37,378 bases of DNA from an uncultured Actinomycetes bacterium (GTDB lineage Bacteria; Actinomycetota; Actinomycetes; S36-B12; UBA5976). Made by a program: the position numbers and the translations under genes. Shown one piece after another: positions 1 to 10,117 of this stretch. The notes below the pieces were generated by a model. It saw only the letters and a program-made list of their open reading frames with translations, was not told the DNA's origin and made no database searches. Location: contig CALBND010000098.1 in NCBI GenBank assembly GCA_937896305.1, positions 1 to 37,378 on the forward strand, in the 5' to 3' direction. Numbering within the stretch: position 1 is the first letter of the stretch; each line of letters starts with the position of its first letter.

Positions 1-117
1 AGATATTGGACTCCATTTGGAGGATTTAAAAAATCAGGTTTGGGACGCGAACTAGGTCCAGATGCACTAAACGCGTTTACCGAAGAAAAGAACGTATTCA
101 TTAACACAGAGATATAA
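1..117 (+). CDS. aldehyde dehydrogenase family protein, C-terminal fragment (5' end outside window)
   Basis: Frame 1 is open from base 1 to TAA at 115-117: [38 protein letters not shown]. The PFGGFKxSGxGRExG motif is the conserved C-terminal signature of NAD(P)-dependent aldehyde dehydrogenases. It is missing from the ORF track because it is truncated. Confidence 0.75.
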   Translation, partial: RYWTPFGGFKKSGLGRELGPDALNAFTEEKNVFINTEI

Positions 118-129
118 GGAGAAAATATC

Positions 130-894
130 TTGAACAGATTAGAAGGCAGAGTTGCCACCATTACTGGTGGAGGATCTGGTTTAGGTAAAGCAACCGCAAT
201 TCGTTTTGCCTCTGAAGGAGCTCACGTTGTAATTGCTGATCTCGATGAAAAAAATGGACAAGCTGTGGCCAGTGAAGTTAATGGCACATTTATTAAATGT
301 AACGTCACTGACAAAGACAGTGTTGACAATATGTTTGCAGAAACTTTTAAGAAGTTTGGCAAAATAGATATTGCTTTTAATAATGCCGGGATTTCTCCAC
401 CAGATGATGATTCAATTTTGACCACCGAAAGAGATGCTTGGGACAAAGTTCTATTAGTTAATTTAACTTCTGTTTATCTTTGCTGCAAAGCAGTTTTGCC
501 CTACATGTTGGAAGCAAAAAAAGGATCAATTATTAACACTGCTTCTTTCGTAGCAACTTTGGCTGCAGCTACCTCCCAAATTTCTTACACCGCTTCTAAA
601 GGTGGAGTTTTGGCAATGACAAGAGAGCTTGGTGTGCAATTTGCTCGCGAAGGAGTTCGAATTAACGCTTTATCTCCAGGACCTGTAAACACTCCATTGT
701 TACAAGAACTATTTGCTAAAGATAAAGAACGTGCACAAAGAAGACTTGTGCATATTCCAATGGGACGTTTCGGTGAAGCTCATGAAATTGCTGCTGCGGT
801 GGCATTTTTAGCAAGTGATGATTCTTCATTTATTACTGCATCAAATTTCTTAGTTGATGGCGGTATTACAGGAGCTTACGTAACACCACTGTAA
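130..894 (+). CDS. SDR family oxidoreductase (FabG-like short-chain dehydrogenase)
   Basis: 254 aa. TGGGSGLG cofactor motif, NNAG, and a YTASK catalytic Tyr-x3-Lys. TTG start preceded by AAGGAG. Confidence 0.85.
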   Translation: MNRLEGRVATITGGGSGLGKATAIRFASEGAHVVIADLDEKNGQAVASEVNGTFIKCNVTDKDSVDNMFAETFKKFGKIDIAFNNAGISPPDDDSILTTERDAWDKVLLVNLTSVYLCCKAVLPYMLEAKKGSIINTASFVATLAAATSQISYTASKGGVLAMTRELGVQFAREGVRINALSPGPVNTPLLQELFAKDKERAQRRLVHIPMGRFGEAHEIAAAVAFLASDDSSFITASNFLVDGGITGAYVTPL

Positions 895-900
895 AGAATT

Positions 901-946
901 AAATAATTAAAGCCCAAGATTTAAATATCTTGGGCTTTAATTATTT
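901..946. terminator. bidirectional intrinsic terminator between convergent genes
   Basis: Perfect 20-bp inverted repeat, 901-920 pairing with 927-946, with GC core AGCCCAAGAT/ATCTTGGGCT and loop TTAAAT. It is flanked by A/T runs on both sides and overlaps the stop codon of the minus-strand gene. Confidence 0.7.
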
Positions 947-1627
947 CTGAGCAGCTTTAATTAATGCTTGAAATAATCTTTTATCTTCACTCATTTCAGG
1001 ATGCCACTGCACCCCTAAATGAAATTTTCTACTTGGATCTTCTAAAACTTCAATAGTTTCATCTTCAGCCCAACCCGTGATAGTTAAAGAACCTGGATTA
1101 TCAACAGCTTGATGATGAGAAGAATTAACAATCATTTCTGATCCAACTATCGAAGCAACTAGTGAATCATTTTTAAATCTTGCCTGATGATTAGAAAATT
1201 GTGCTGGAGCTGGTCTGTGATTTAGTTTTGTCACATCTGGCAGATGTTGAATTAAAGTTCCACCTTCAGCTACAGCCATAATTTGTAAACCACGACAAAT
1301 TCCTAAGAAAGGTAAACCAATTTCTTTAGCTGCGTTGTATAACGCAATTTCTCCACCATCTCTGGTTTCGCGAGGTTTGTCAGCAGTTTCATGTGGTGTT
1401 TGTTTGTATAAACGTGCATCAATATCTGCACCCCCTGCAATGATTAAGCCATCAAGATTATTTACAACATGTCCACCTTGAGTATCTGGTGGAATTATTA
1501 CTGCTCTGCCACCAGCTTGTGTAATAGATGAAATGTAATCAAAAGGTAAAACTGCAGCGGTGATATCCCAAGCACCCCACTTGGCTGGTTCAACGTAACA
1601 AGAAATTCCGATGATGGGTGAATTCAT
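941..1627 (-). CDS. class I glutamine amidotransferase-like hydrolase (gamma-glutamyl-GABA hydrolase PuuD / peptidase C26 family)
   Basis: 228 aa. Nucleophile elbow GICRGLQ and a C-terminal VQWHPE His/Glu motif, both typical of the C26/PuuD family. Confidence 0.75.
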   Translation of the reverse strand: MNSPIIGISCYVEPAKWGAWDITAAVLPFDYISSITQAGGRAVIIPPDTQGGHVVNNLDGLIIAGGADIDARLYKQTPHETADKPRETRDGGEIALYNAAKEIGLPFLGICRGLQIMAVAEGGTLIQHLPDVTKLNHRPAPAQFSNHQARFKNDSLVASIVGSEMIVNSSHHQAVDNPGSLTITGWAEDETIEVLEDPSRKFHLGVQWHPEMSEDKRLFQALIKAAQK

Positions 1628-1720
1628 GATGTAGCCAGTCTGGCACGTTCTTGACTATTTTTCACCCACTGCCTTGCCCCAATGTTTAGCTAATCGTTTT
1701 GAGCATGAAACTCTTATCTT

Positions 1721-2896
1721 ATGAAGATTGATGCCTTGGTTGATCCAAGTCAAAAACTAACCAATGAAGAAATAAAACGTTATGCCAGACACATTCTTTT
1801 ACCTGAAGTTGGCAGTCAAGGTCAACAAAGAATAAAAAATGCCAAAGTTTTAGTTATTGGAGCAGGTGGTTTAGGTTCACCAGTTTTACTTTATTTAGCC
1901 GGTGCTGGTGTTGGCGAAATAGGAATATGTGAATTTGATGTGGTTGAAGAAAGTAACTTACAGCGACAAATTATTCACAGTAATTCTAAAATTGGGCAAT
2001 CAAAGGCTCAAAGTGCGAAAGAAAAAGTATTAGATTTAAATCCATTAATAAAAGTTAACCTTCATGAAGAGAAACTAACTTCAAAAAACGCTCTTAATAT
2101 TATTAAAAACTATGACTTAGTCATTGATGGCACAGATAACTTTGCTACCAGATATTTAATTAATGATGCCTGTGTTTTATTAAATAAACCATTTATTTGG
2201 GGATCAATATATAGATTTGATGGTCAGTTAAGTGTCTTTTGGAAAAAACATGGTCCTTGCTATAGATGCCTGCATCCAACACCACCTCCATCAAACATGG
2301 TGCCAAGTTGTGCCACCGGCGGAGTTTTAGGAAGCATGTGTGCAACTATCGGCTCACTGCAAGTCACTCAAGCTTTAGCAATTATTACGGGAATGGCAGA
2401 GGTCTTAATTGGGGAAGTTTTGTCCTATGCCGCAGTGCAATCTTCGTTTAATAAAATCAAAATAAGTAAAGACCAGAACTGTGTTATATGTGGTAATAAC
2501 CCTAGTTTGACTGAGTTAATTGACTATGAAGAATTTTGTAATAACCAAAGTGTTGTGCTTGACCCAGGAATCTCTGTATCAGAGTTAGCAAAAATGCTTG
2601 TTGCTAAAAAAGATGAAGCAAAAGACTTTCTATTAGTTGATGTTCGAGAGGAAAGTGAGAACAAACTAGTAAATATTGCTGGTTCAGTTTTAATCAACAA
2701 AGACGATATTTTAAGCGGGGAAAAACTAAATTTGTTGCCTCTTGATAAACCAGTTGTGCTTTATTGCCGTTCTGGCTCTAGATCAAATGAAGTTTTGGCC
2801 TATTTAAGACACAACGGATATCTACAAACCCAGCATTTAGCTGGGGGAATATTGGCTTGGATCAAAGAAATGGAACCAACAAAGCCCACTTATTAA
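1721..2896 (+). CDS. moeZ: MoeB/ThiF-type adenylyltransferase fused to a rhodanese domain (MoeZ-like adenylyltransferase/sulfurtransferase)
   Basis: 391 aa. E1-like Rossmann motif GAGGLGSP, CxxC pairs (CYRC, CVIC), and a C-terminal rhodanese with active-site loop CRSGSRS. Confidence 0.85.
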   Translation: MKIDALVDPSQKLTNEEIKRYARHILLPEVGSQGQQRIKNAKVLVIGAGGLGSPVLLYLAGAGVGEIGICEFDVVEESNLQRQIIHSNSKIGQSKAQSAKEKVLDLNPLIKVNLHEEKLTSKNALNIIKNYDLVIDGTDNFATRYLINDACVLLNKPFIWGSIYRFDGQLSVFWKKHGPCYRCLHPTPPPSNMVPSCATGGVLGSMCATIGSLQVTQALAIITGMAEVLIGEVLSYAAVQSSFNKIKISKDQNCVICGNNPSLTELIDYEEFCNNQSVVLDPGISVSELAKMLVAKKDEAKDFLLVDVREESENKLVNIAGSVLINKDDILSGEKLNLLPLDKPVVLYCRSGSRSNEVLAYLRHNGYLQTQHLAGGILAWIKEMEPTKPTY

Positions 2897-3019
2897 TGCT
2901 TGAATGGGTAGGCAAATGCCGGTTTTTGTGACTATATATATGACCCTTGTGGCGTGGGGGAATGCTTAGGCTCGTAGACTCGTATTTCGGTTAATCAAAA
3001 AGCTGACGTTAAGAGAGGT

Positions 3020-3238
3020 ATGGCAAAAGAAGGAGCCATTGAGCTAGAAGGCACCATCGCCGAGGCTCTACCCAACGCAATGTTTCGGGTGGAACTTGAT
3101 AATGGCCATAAAGTTCTTGCACACATCAGCGGCAAAATGCGAATGCATTACATCAGAATTTTGCCAGACGATCGCGTAATCGTGGAGTTATCACCCTACG
3201 ATTTAACTCGCGGTCGGATTGTTTACCGCTACAAGTAA
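3020..3238 (+). CDS. infA: translation initiation factor IF-1
   Basis: 72 aa, [41 protein letters not shown]..., nearly invariant IF-1 sequence. GAGAGG Shine-Dalgarno upstream. Confidence 0.97.
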   Translation: MAKEGAIELEGTIAEALPNAMFRVELDNGHKVLAHISGKMRMHYIRILPDDRVIVELSPYDLTRGRIVYRYK

Positions 3239-3261
3239 ACCAATTACGAAAAAAGGAAAGT

Positions 3262-3375
3262 ATGAAAGTACAACCAAGTGTTAAAAAGATTTGTGACAAG
3301 TGCAAAGTTATTCGTCGTCACAAACGCGTAATGGTTATTTGCGAAAACCCTAGACACAAACAACGTCAAGGTTAA
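3262..3375 (+). CDS. rpmJ: 50S ribosomal protein L36
   Basis: Not in the ORF track because it is only 37 aa. Hand translation gives [37 protein letters not shown], ending at TAA. AAGGAAAG Shine-Dalgarno upstream. It sits in the canonical infA-rpmJ-rpsM position. Confidence 0.95.
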   Translation: MKVQPSVKKICDKCKVIRRHKRVMVICENPRHKQRQG

Positions 3376-3475
3376 GCACAAAACTTGTAGTAACCAATTA
3401 CGGTTATCCGTCATCTCAAATTAAATCTTGCCGATTTAAATAGAGAACGACACCTTTGGAACCAGAAGCCAAAGA

Positions 3476-3494
3476 CTTACCCAGGGCGGGTAAG
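3476..3494 (+). promoter_or_regulatory. hairpin in the 176-nt rpmJ-rpsM spacer (candidate alpha-operon leader structure)
   Basis: CTTACCC (3476-3482) pairs with GGGTAAG (3488-3494), loop AGGGC, and no T-run follows. The loop-side GGGCGG (3484-3489) is also complementary to CCGCCC (3543-3548), just 5' of the rpsM ATG. Confidence 0.3.
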
Positions 3495-3551
3495 ACCGAT
3501 AACACGTAGCCAACACTTCTGTAACTAGATAGAAAAGGAAAACCGCCCAAT

Positions 3552-3929
3552 ATGGCACGTTTAGCTGGAGTTGATCTTCCTCGCGATAAGCGCGTTGAAG
3601 TTGCACTCACCTACATTTATGGAATCGGACGTACGCGTTCAGTTCAAATGCTTGCTGCAGCAGGTGTTGATCCAAATACCAGAGTTAAAGATTTGGATGA
3701 ACCTGCATTAGTAAAACTTCGTGAATACATAGATCAAAACTTTAAAGTTGAAGGTGATCTTCGTCGTGAAGTTTCATCAGATATCAGACGTAAAGTTGAA
3801 ATTGGTTCTTACCAAGGTATTCGTCATCGTCGCGGACTTCCCGTTCGTGGACAAAGAACACACACTAACGCCAGAACTCGTAAAGGTCCGCGCAAAACCG
3901 TTGCCGGCAAAAAGATTGCAGCGAAGTAG
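3552..3929 (+). CDS. rpsM: 30S ribosomal protein S13
   Basis: 125 aa, [26 protein letters not shown]..., canonical S13 N-terminus. Confidence 0.97.
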   Translation: MARLAGVDLPRDKRVEVALTYIYGIGRTRSVQMLAAAGVDPNTRVKDLDEPALVKLREYIDQNFKVEGDLRREVSSDIRRKVEIGSYQGIRHRRGLPVRGQRTHTNARTRKGPRKTVAGKKIAAK

Positions 3930-3941
3930 AGGATTTGACTA

Positions 3942-4358
3942 ATGGCTGAAAAAGAAAAGAAAGCTAAACCAAATGCGAAAAATAAAAAAGTTCGCAAAAA
4001 AGTTAAAAAGAATGTGGCACATGGTCAAGCCCACATCAAATCAACTTTTAACAACACAATTGTTTCCATCACAGATTTAACTGGAGCAGTTATCTCATCT
4101 TCTTCAAGTGGACATGTGGGCTTTAAAGGTTCACGTAAGTCAACACCATTTGCTGCGCAAATGGCAGCAGAAGATGCAGCGAAAAAAGCAATGGAACATG
4201 GACTTAAGAAAGTCGATGTTTTTGTTAAGGGCCCAGGGTCAGGTCGCGAAACCGCAATCAGATCTTTGCAAGCCTCTGGTCTTGAAGTTGGTCAAATTCA
4301 AGATGTCACCCCAGTTCCATTCAACGGTGTGCGCCACCGCAAGCGCCGTCGCGTCTAG
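3942..4358 (+). CDS. rpsK: 30S ribosomal protein S11
   Basis: 138 aa. Lys-rich N-terminal extension followed by a conserved S11 core ([15 protein letters not shown]...[14 protein letters not shown]). Confidence 0.97.
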   Translation: MAEKEKKAKPNAKNKKVRKKVKKNVAHGQAHIKSTFNNTIVSITDLTGAVISSSSSGHVGFKGSRKSTPFAAQMAAEDAAKKAMEHGLKKVDVFVKGPGSGRETAIRSLQASGLEVGQIQDVTPVPFNGVRHRKRRRV

Positions 4359-4396
4359 TTAACAACTTTTAAAGAAACAAGGAGAAAAGAAAACTT

Positions 4397-5023
4397 ATGG
4401 CACGTTACACAGGGGCAGATTGCAAGAGATGCCGTCGCGAAAAAGTAAAACTTTATTTAAAAGGTTCTAAATGTGATTCACCAAAGTGTCCAATGGAATC
4501 TCGTCCATTCCCACCAGGTCAACACGGTAGAAACCGAAGCAAAGAATCTGAATACTCATTACAGAAACGTGAAAAGCAAAAAACTGCACGTATCTATGGT
4601 GTATTGGAAAGACAATTCCGTAACTATTACGAAGAAGCTTCCCGAAGAACAGGTAAGACTGGTGAAAACCTTCTTTCCATGTTAGAAACACGTTTAGACA
4701 ACGTGGTTTATCGCGCAGGTTTTGCTAAAAGTCGTGACATGTCCAGACAAGTTGTAAGACATGGTCACGTATTAGTAAATGGTAAGAAATTAAATATTCC
4801 TTCTTACCAAGTTTCTGTATCAGACATCATCGAAGTTCGTCCCGAGTCACGCGAGTTAACACCTTTCGTTGTGGCAAGAGCTGAATCAGGTGAGAAGCCA
4901 ATTCCAGCATGGCTAGATGTTTCATCAACTATCATGCGAATTTTGGTAACTGCAAAACCACTTAGATCACAAATCGACACAGCTGTTCAAGAACAGTTGA
5001 TCGTTGAGTTGTACTCCAAGTAA
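4397..5023 (+). CDS. rpsD: 30S ribosomal protein S4
   Basis: 208 aa, MARYTGADCKRCRREKVKLYLKG..., with an S4 domain in the C-terminal half. Confidence 0.97.
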   Translation: MARYTGADCKRCRREKVKLYLKGSKCDSPKCPMESRPFPPGQHGRNRSKESEYSLQKREKQKTARIYGVLERQFRNYYEEASRRTGKTGENLLSMLETRLDNVVYRAGFAKSRDMSRQVVRHGHVLVNGKKLNIPSYQVSVSDIIEVRPESRELTPFVVARAESGEKPIPAWLDVSSTIMRILVTAKPLRSQIDTAVQEQLIVELYSK

Positions 5024-5081
5024 AAAAAGCAATTCCCCAAGTAGGCGTCAAATAGAGGTCGCCTGAGAGGTAGTAAAAAAT

Positions 5082-6098
5082 ATGTTAATCGCACAACGTC
5101 CAGTCTTGGTCGAAGAGAAAATCTCTGAAACCCAAGGTCGCTATATTCTTGAGCCCCTAGAACCAGGTTTTGGTTACACCCTAGGAAACTCATTACGCAG
5201 AACTCTGCTTTCCTCAATTCCAGGAGCAGCAGTTACCAGCATTCGCATTGATGGTGCACTTCATGAATTCACCACACTTGATGGTGTAGTTGAAGATGTC
5301 ACAGAAATCGTGATGAATGTGAAAGAACTAGTTGTTTCATCAGATAACGATGAACCATCAATCCTTTATTTGAAAAAATCTGGTCCAGGAGCTGTTACTG
5401 CAGCAGATATCACTGCTCCAGCTGGAGTAGAAGTTCATAATCCAAAACATCACATTGCCACACTTAATGGCAAAGGTAAATTGGAAATGGAATTAGTAGT
5501 TGAGCGCGGTCGTGGCTATGTCACAGCTGTGCAAAACAAAGTAACCGGTGCTGAAATTGGTCGTATTCCAGTTGACTCAATTTATTCACCAGTAGTAAAA
5601 GTTACTTACAAAGTTGAAGCCACCCGTGTGGAACAAAGAACAGACTTTGATCGTTTGATCATCGATGTTGAAACCAAACCATCAATGAGACCTGGGGATG
5701 CAGTGGCATCTGCTGGTCGTACTTTGGTTGAACTATTTGGTTTGGCACATGAACTAAACGTAAATGCTGAAGGCATTGAAATCGGGCCCAGCCCAATTGA
5801 TGCTTACGTATTAGAACAACTAAATATGCCAACCGAACAACTTGACTTAACTGTTCGTTCATACAACTGCTTGAAGCGCGAAGGCGTGCACACAGTTGGT
5901 GAATTGATTACCAGAAGTGAAGCTGATTTGATGGACGTTCGTAACTTCGGTCAAAAATCAATTGACGAAGTTATCGCAAAACTTCAGATGTTGGGCTTGC
6001 AACTAAAAGATTCACCAGCAGGCTATGACAGAACAAAATCACCAGGCTATAGCGAAGAGTCTGATGATGAAAATCTTGCTGAAGACGAACAATACTAA
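5082..6098 (+). CDS. rpoA: DNA-directed RNA polymerase subunit alpha
   Basis: 338 aa, [12 protein letters not shown]...[14 protein letters not shown], plus a C-terminal-domain helix-hairpin-helix ([16 protein letters not shown]) and an acidic tail. Confidence 0.97.
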   Translation: MLIAQRPVLVEEKISETQGRYILEPLEPGFGYTLGNSLRRTLLSSIPGAAVTSIRIDGALHEFTTLDGVVEDVTEIVMNVKELVVSSDNDEPSILYLKKSGPGAVTAADITAPAGVEVHNPKHHIATLNGKGKLEMELVVERGRGYVTAVQNKVTGAEIGRIPVDSIYSPVVKVTYKVEATRVEQRTDFDRLIIDVETKPSMRPGDAVASAGRTLVELFGLAHELNVNAEGIEIGPSPIDAYVLEQLNMPTEQLDLTVRSYNCLKREGVHTVGELITRSEADLMDVRNFGQKSIDEVIAKLQMLGLQLKDSPAGYDRTKSPGYSEESDDENLAEDEQY

Positions 6099-6133
6099 AA
6101 CCAACGACGCTTTAAGATACTTAGGAGATAACA

Positions 6134-6601
6134 ATGGCAACACCAACCCAAGGTACGCGTCTTGGTGGTTCAGCAGCCCATCAAAAATTGATTTTAGCTA
6201 ACTTAGCTACATCACTATTTGAAAAAGGCAAGATCACAACAACAGAAGCCAAAGCACGCAAACTTCGTCCCTTTGCAGAAAGAATCATTACTTTTGCAAA
6301 ACGTGGCGATCTTTCTGCTCGCAGAAGAGTTATGGGAATTATCCGTGACAAATCTGTAGTGCACTCACTATTTACTGAAATTGGTCCAAGTTTTGCTACC
6401 AGAAATGGTGGCTACACCAGAATTACCAAACTTGGTCCCAGAAAAGGTGACAATGCTCCAATGGCTGTTGTGGAACTAGTTGAATCAACTGCGCAAAAAG
6501 TTGTAGCTGAAGCTGAAGGTGCTGCCAAGAGTGCAGCAAAGAAAGCAGCAGCTAAACCTGCGAAAAAAGCAGCAGCTAAAGAAGAACCAAAGGACGAATA
6601 A
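6134..6601 (+). CDS. rplQ: 50S ribosomal protein L17
   Basis: 155 aa. L17 core ([24 protein letters not shown]) with an Ala/Lys-rich C-terminal tail. Confidence 0.95.
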   Translation: MATPTQGTRLGGSAAHQKLILANLATSLFEKGKITTTEAKARKLRPFAERIITFAKRGDLSARRRVMGIIRDKSVVHSLFTEIGPSFATRNGGYTRITKLGPRKGDNAPMAVVELVESTAQKVVAEAEGAAKSAAKKAAAKPAKKAAAKEEPKDE

Positions 6602-6625
6602 CTTTTTTCTCACAAATCAAAAAAA

Positions 6626-7474
6626 ATGAAAAAAATTGAGCCCACTTCCAAAAGAGGTGGGCTCATTCGTATTCGTTTAGATATTGCCTATGACGGCACA
6701 AACTATTCAGGATTTGGCATTCAGCCACACGGTAAAACTGTGCAAGGAGAATTAAATAAAGCACTGCAACAATTTTTAAGTATTGCCAAACCAAAAACAA
6801 TTGGGGCAGGAAGAACTGATGCGGGAGTCCATGCTCGCGGTCAAGTGGTGCATTTTGATGTGGAAGAAAATGTCTGGCAAAAAGTAAAAGATCCGTTATA
6901 TAAATTTAGAAGAATTTTACCTGCAGATATTCAAGTTAAAAGCTATGAAGTTACACATCCAGATTTTGATGCCAGATATTCAGCCCTAACTAGAAGGTAT
7001 TCCTACACAATTTGTAATTCACAAAACGGTAGTGATCCAATGAGCTCTCGTTATGTTCTAGATTATCGAAAAAAACTAAATGTTTCTTTGATGAATAAAG
7101 CCAGCAAAGAACTAATTGGGTTACATGACTTTATTGCCTTTTGTAAAACCAGATCTGGCTCTACCACAATAAGAGATTTAAAGAAATTCAAATGGATGAG
7201 AACTGGAGATTATGTAACTTGTGAAGTTGTAGCTGATGCCTTTTGCTACTCCATGGTTCGAGGATTAATCGGAGTCTTATTACAAGTTGGGGATGAATCT
7301 AAATCAGTTAATTGGCCTAAAGAGTTATTGAAGAAAAGAATCAAGGTAGCTGAAGTAAACGTGGTGGCAGCAAAAGCTTTGGTATTAGAAGAAGTTAAAT
7401 ATCCCACAAATTCAAAACTAAAGGCTCAATATGAAATAACCAGACGAACTAGACATCTAGAGGGTATTTCTTAG
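6626..7474 (+). CDS. truA: tRNA pseudouridine(38-40) synthase
   Basis: 282 aa. IAYDGTNYSGF and the catalytic-Asp motif GAGRTDAGVHA. It follows rplQ, as in many bacteria. Confidence 0.9.
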   Translation: MKKIEPTSKRGGLIRIRLDIAYDGTNYSGFGIQPHGKTVQGELNKALQQFLSIAKPKTIGAGRTDAGVHARGQVVHFDVEENVWQKVKDPLYKFRRILPADIQVKSYEVTHPDFDARYSALTRRYSYTICNSQNGSDPMSSRYVLDYRKKLNVSLMNKASKELIGLHDFIAFCKTRSGSTTIRDLKKFKWMRTGDYVTCEVVADAFCYSMVRGLIGVLLQVGDESKSVNWPKELLKKRIKVAEVNVVAAKALVLEEVKYPTNSKLKAQYEITRRTRHLEGIS

Positions 7475-7563
7475 GTTGAATAATCTTTAAATAAATTCTT
7501 TTGCCCAAGTCATTGAAAAAATCCTAATTCAGGAGCAACATGGGTTAAGAGTAAGGAGTTTTT

Positions 7564-7992
7564 ATGAAAGTTATGAGTTTGATCAAAAACAAAAAAGTTA
7601 TAACAATTGATGAGAGTGCAACTTTACTTGAGTTGGTGTCCAAATTTAGTCAGCACAAAGTAGGTGCCTTGGTGGTATCAAAAGACGGAATAGGTTTTAA
7701 AGGCATTGTTTCTGAACGAGACGTTGTTAGAGAAATGCATAAGAACTTCAACAACTTGGCAAGCATAAAAGTGCGAGACATCATGACTACCAATGTCATA
7801 ACCTGCAAAGAAAATGAACAGATCGCAGAGTTGATGGCCATCATGACTAATCAAAAATTTCGACACATTCCAGTAGTTGACGATGCAAATAATTTGATTT
7901 CAATTATTTCCATAGGCGACATTGTGAAGGCGTATGTAGACGAGTTAGAGAATGAGAAAAAAGCTTTGCAAGACTACATAACCACAGGTTGA
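7564..7992 (+). CDS. CBS domain pair protein
   Basis: 142 aa with two tandem CBS-like repeats (VGALVVSKDG..GIVSERDV and RHIPVVDDANNLISIISIGDIV). Stand-alone CBS pair architecture. Confidence 0.8.
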   Translation: MKVMSLIKNKKVITIDESATLLELVSKFSQHKVGALVVSKDGIGFKGIVSERDVVREMHKNFNNLASIKVRDIMTTNVITCKENEQIAELMAIMTNQKFRHIPVVDDANNLISIISIGDIVKAYVDELENEKKALQDYITTG

Positions 7993-8034
7993 GAACACAA
8001 GACATGAACACCTGCGCCCCCGAAGACTTTGTAA

Positions 8035-8916
8035 ATGGGCTTAGTAGAGTTGGCCTTAATTTCCAGAGAAAATGGGTGGCCTGTGAACTCCACTAAAGTT
8101 TGGTTAAATGATTCTCTAGTTGATGCCGATAAGGCAACTGTTTCTATTTTTGATCACGGTTTCACCGTTGGCGATGGAGCATTTGAAACATTAAAAGTAA
8201 TTAAAGGTCAACCCGTTGCCCTCACAAGACATGTTGAGAGATTGATTTACTCTCTTGATTGCATAGGTATTGAATTAAATAGTGAAGAGATTTTAAGAAA
8301 AGCAATTAATGAAGTAATAGTTGCCAATAAAGATTTAGGGGATGTGATGCGCATGCGCATCACATATACCTCAGGAGTTGGACCATTAGGTTCTGATCGC
8401 ACTAAAGAAAACTTTACTTTGGTAGTGGCAGTAAGTCCTGAAGCTATTTGGCCAGAAACTGCAATTGTTACAACTGTGGGAGATGCTCGAAACGATAGAA
8501 GTATGTTGGCTGGAGCCAAAACAACTTCGTATGCCCAAAATGCGGCACTACTTAATGTGGCTAAAAAACTAGGTGCACATGAAGCAATCATGCCTAATAC
8601 AAAAGGTGAATTATGTGAAGGAACTGGTTCCAATATTTTTGTGGTCAAAGATGGTCAAGTCTTAACCCCTGCTTTAAGTAGTGGTTGTTTAGGTGGAATT
8701 ACAAGAGCTTTAGTTGTGCAATGGTTTGATGTTAAAGAAGTCAATTTACCAATGTCAGTTTTGACAGATGTTGATGAAGCTTTCTTAACTTCTTCAACCA
8801 GAGATATTCAACCTATTTCTAAAATTGATAATAGAGTTTTGCAAGCACCTGGACCGGTTGCTTCAGATTTACGCAAGAAATTTATAGAAAAACTCGCAGA
8901 AAACTACGACGCCTAG
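8035..8916 (+). CDS. fold-type IV PLP enzyme (aminodeoxychorismate lyase / class IV aminotransferase family)
   Basis: 293 aa. GDGAFETLKV, the conserved E-x-TGSNIF motif (EGTGSNIFVV) and a GITR motif, all typical of class IV aminotransferases. The PabC versus IlvE/Dat assignment is not resolvable by eye. Confidence 0.75.
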   Translation: MGLVELALISRENGWPVNSTKVWLNDSLVDADKATVSIFDHGFTVGDGAFETLKVIKGQPVALTRHVERLIYSLDCIGIELNSEEILRKAINEVIVANKDLGDVMRMRITYTSGVGPLGSDRTKENFTLVVAVSPEAIWPETAIVTTVGDARNDRSMLAGAKTTSYAQNAALLNVAKKLGAHEAIMPNTKGELCEGTGSNIFVVKDGQVLTPALSSGCLGGITRALVVQWFDVKEVNLPMSVLTDVDEAFLTSSTRDIQPISKIDNRVLQAPGPVASDLRKKFIEKLAENYDA

Positions 8917-9190
8917 TTTTTCAGTAATTTTGCTAGAAAATCATTTTGTCTTCAGAATGTCCAAAATCGAGCTTTTTCATATTCAGATCCAGGGGTTTGT
9001 GCTCAATAATCAGCTAACGCCCAAAATTGGTCTTTTTTTCTTCCCAGAATCCAGATTCTTGAGGGCAAACTGGGGAGGGATTTGTCCATTTTGAGCCAGA
9101 CCCTCGGTGTGACTCAAGACCAACACCAGAGGTAATCTAGGACTTCGAGCAAGTTAGTACCAAATAGCCCCAAAAGGATGAATCAAACTC

Positions 9191-9643
9191 GTGCGTACAT
9201 TTAGCCCAAAAGCTTCCGATGTAACTCGTCAATGGCACATTATTGATGCCAACGATGTTCCACTAGGTCGCATTGCCTCAGCTGCAGCCATACTTTTGCG
9301 CGGCAAACACAAAACAATTTTTGCACCACACGTTGACACAGGCGATTTTGTAATCGTTATTAATGCTGGCAAAGTTTCTCTTTCTGGATCAAAGCGTCAA
9401 CAAAAAGAAGCTTTCTCATACTCAGGTTTTCCAGGCGGTATGACTGCTATTGGTTACGACAAATTATTAGAAACAAACCCACAACGCGCAATTGAAATTG
9501 CAGTTAAAGGAATGTTGCCTCACAACAAACTTGGTCGTCAAATGATCAAGAAATTAAAAGTTTATGCAGATGGTAACCATCCCCATGTTGCACAAGGTCC
9601 AAAGCCTTACGAAATTAAACAAATCAAGCAAGTTGCTAACTAA
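9191..9643 (+). CDS. rplM: 50S ribosomal protein L13
   Basis: 150 aa, GTG start. [20 protein letters not shown]...[16 protein letters not shown]. Confidence 0.95.
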   Translation: MRTFSPKASDVTRQWHIIDANDVPLGRIASAAAILLRGKHKTIFAPHVDTGDFVIVINAGKVSLSGSKRQQKEAFSYSGFPGGMTAIGYDKLLETNPQRAIEIAVKGMLPHNKLGRQMIKKLKVYADGNHPHVAQGPKPYEIKQIKQVAN

Positions 9644-9655
9644 AAGGAAAATATC

Positions 9656-10114
9656 TTGAGCGAATCAGAAAACTACGTATCTTCAGAATCACCAAAAGCC
9701 GCAATTAATTTAAAGCCAGGAAAAGTTGGCCCAAGTGCTGGTACCGGTAGAAGAAAAGAAGCTATTGCTCGCGTAAGAATTGTTCCAGGCAACGGTAAGT
9801 TTATTGTTAACGGTAAAGAATTAGCTGTTTATTTCCCAAACAAATTACATCAACAATTGGTAAATGATCCATTTAAAGTTTTGGGAATTGAAAAAACTTA
9901 TGATGTTATTTCTCATATTGTTGGCGGAGGATCAAGTGGACAAGCTGGTGCTCTTCGTTTAGGAATTGCTAGAGCATTAAATGAAATTGATCGTGACGCA
10001 AACAGACCTACTTTGAAAAAAGCTGGCTTCTTAACTCGTGATCCAAGAGTTATTGAACGTAAAAAAGCTGGTTTGAAGAAAGCGCGTAAGCGTTCACAAT
10101 ACAGTAAGCGCTAA
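9656..10114 (+). CDS. rpsI: 30S ribosomal protein S9
   Basis: 152 aa, TTG start after [24 protein letters not shown]...[13 protein letters not shown]-terminus. Confidence 0.95.
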   Translation: MSESENYVSSESPKAAINLKPGKVGPSAGTGRRKEAIARVRIVPGNGKFIVNGKELAVYFPNKLHQQLVNDPFKVLGIEKTYDVISHIVGGGSSGQAGALRLGIARALNEIDRDANRPTLKKAGFLTRDPRVIERKKAGLKKARKRSQYSKR

Positions 10115-10117
10115 TTT

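Noticed and set aside
3748-4362. Alternative-frame ORFs within rpsM/rpsK (3748-3942 and 4108-4362), plus 2266-2451 in moeZ and 31202-31504 in the permease gene
   Set aside because: These are same-strand out-of-frame ORFs overlapping highly conserved genes, with no Shine-Dalgarno and implausible composition.
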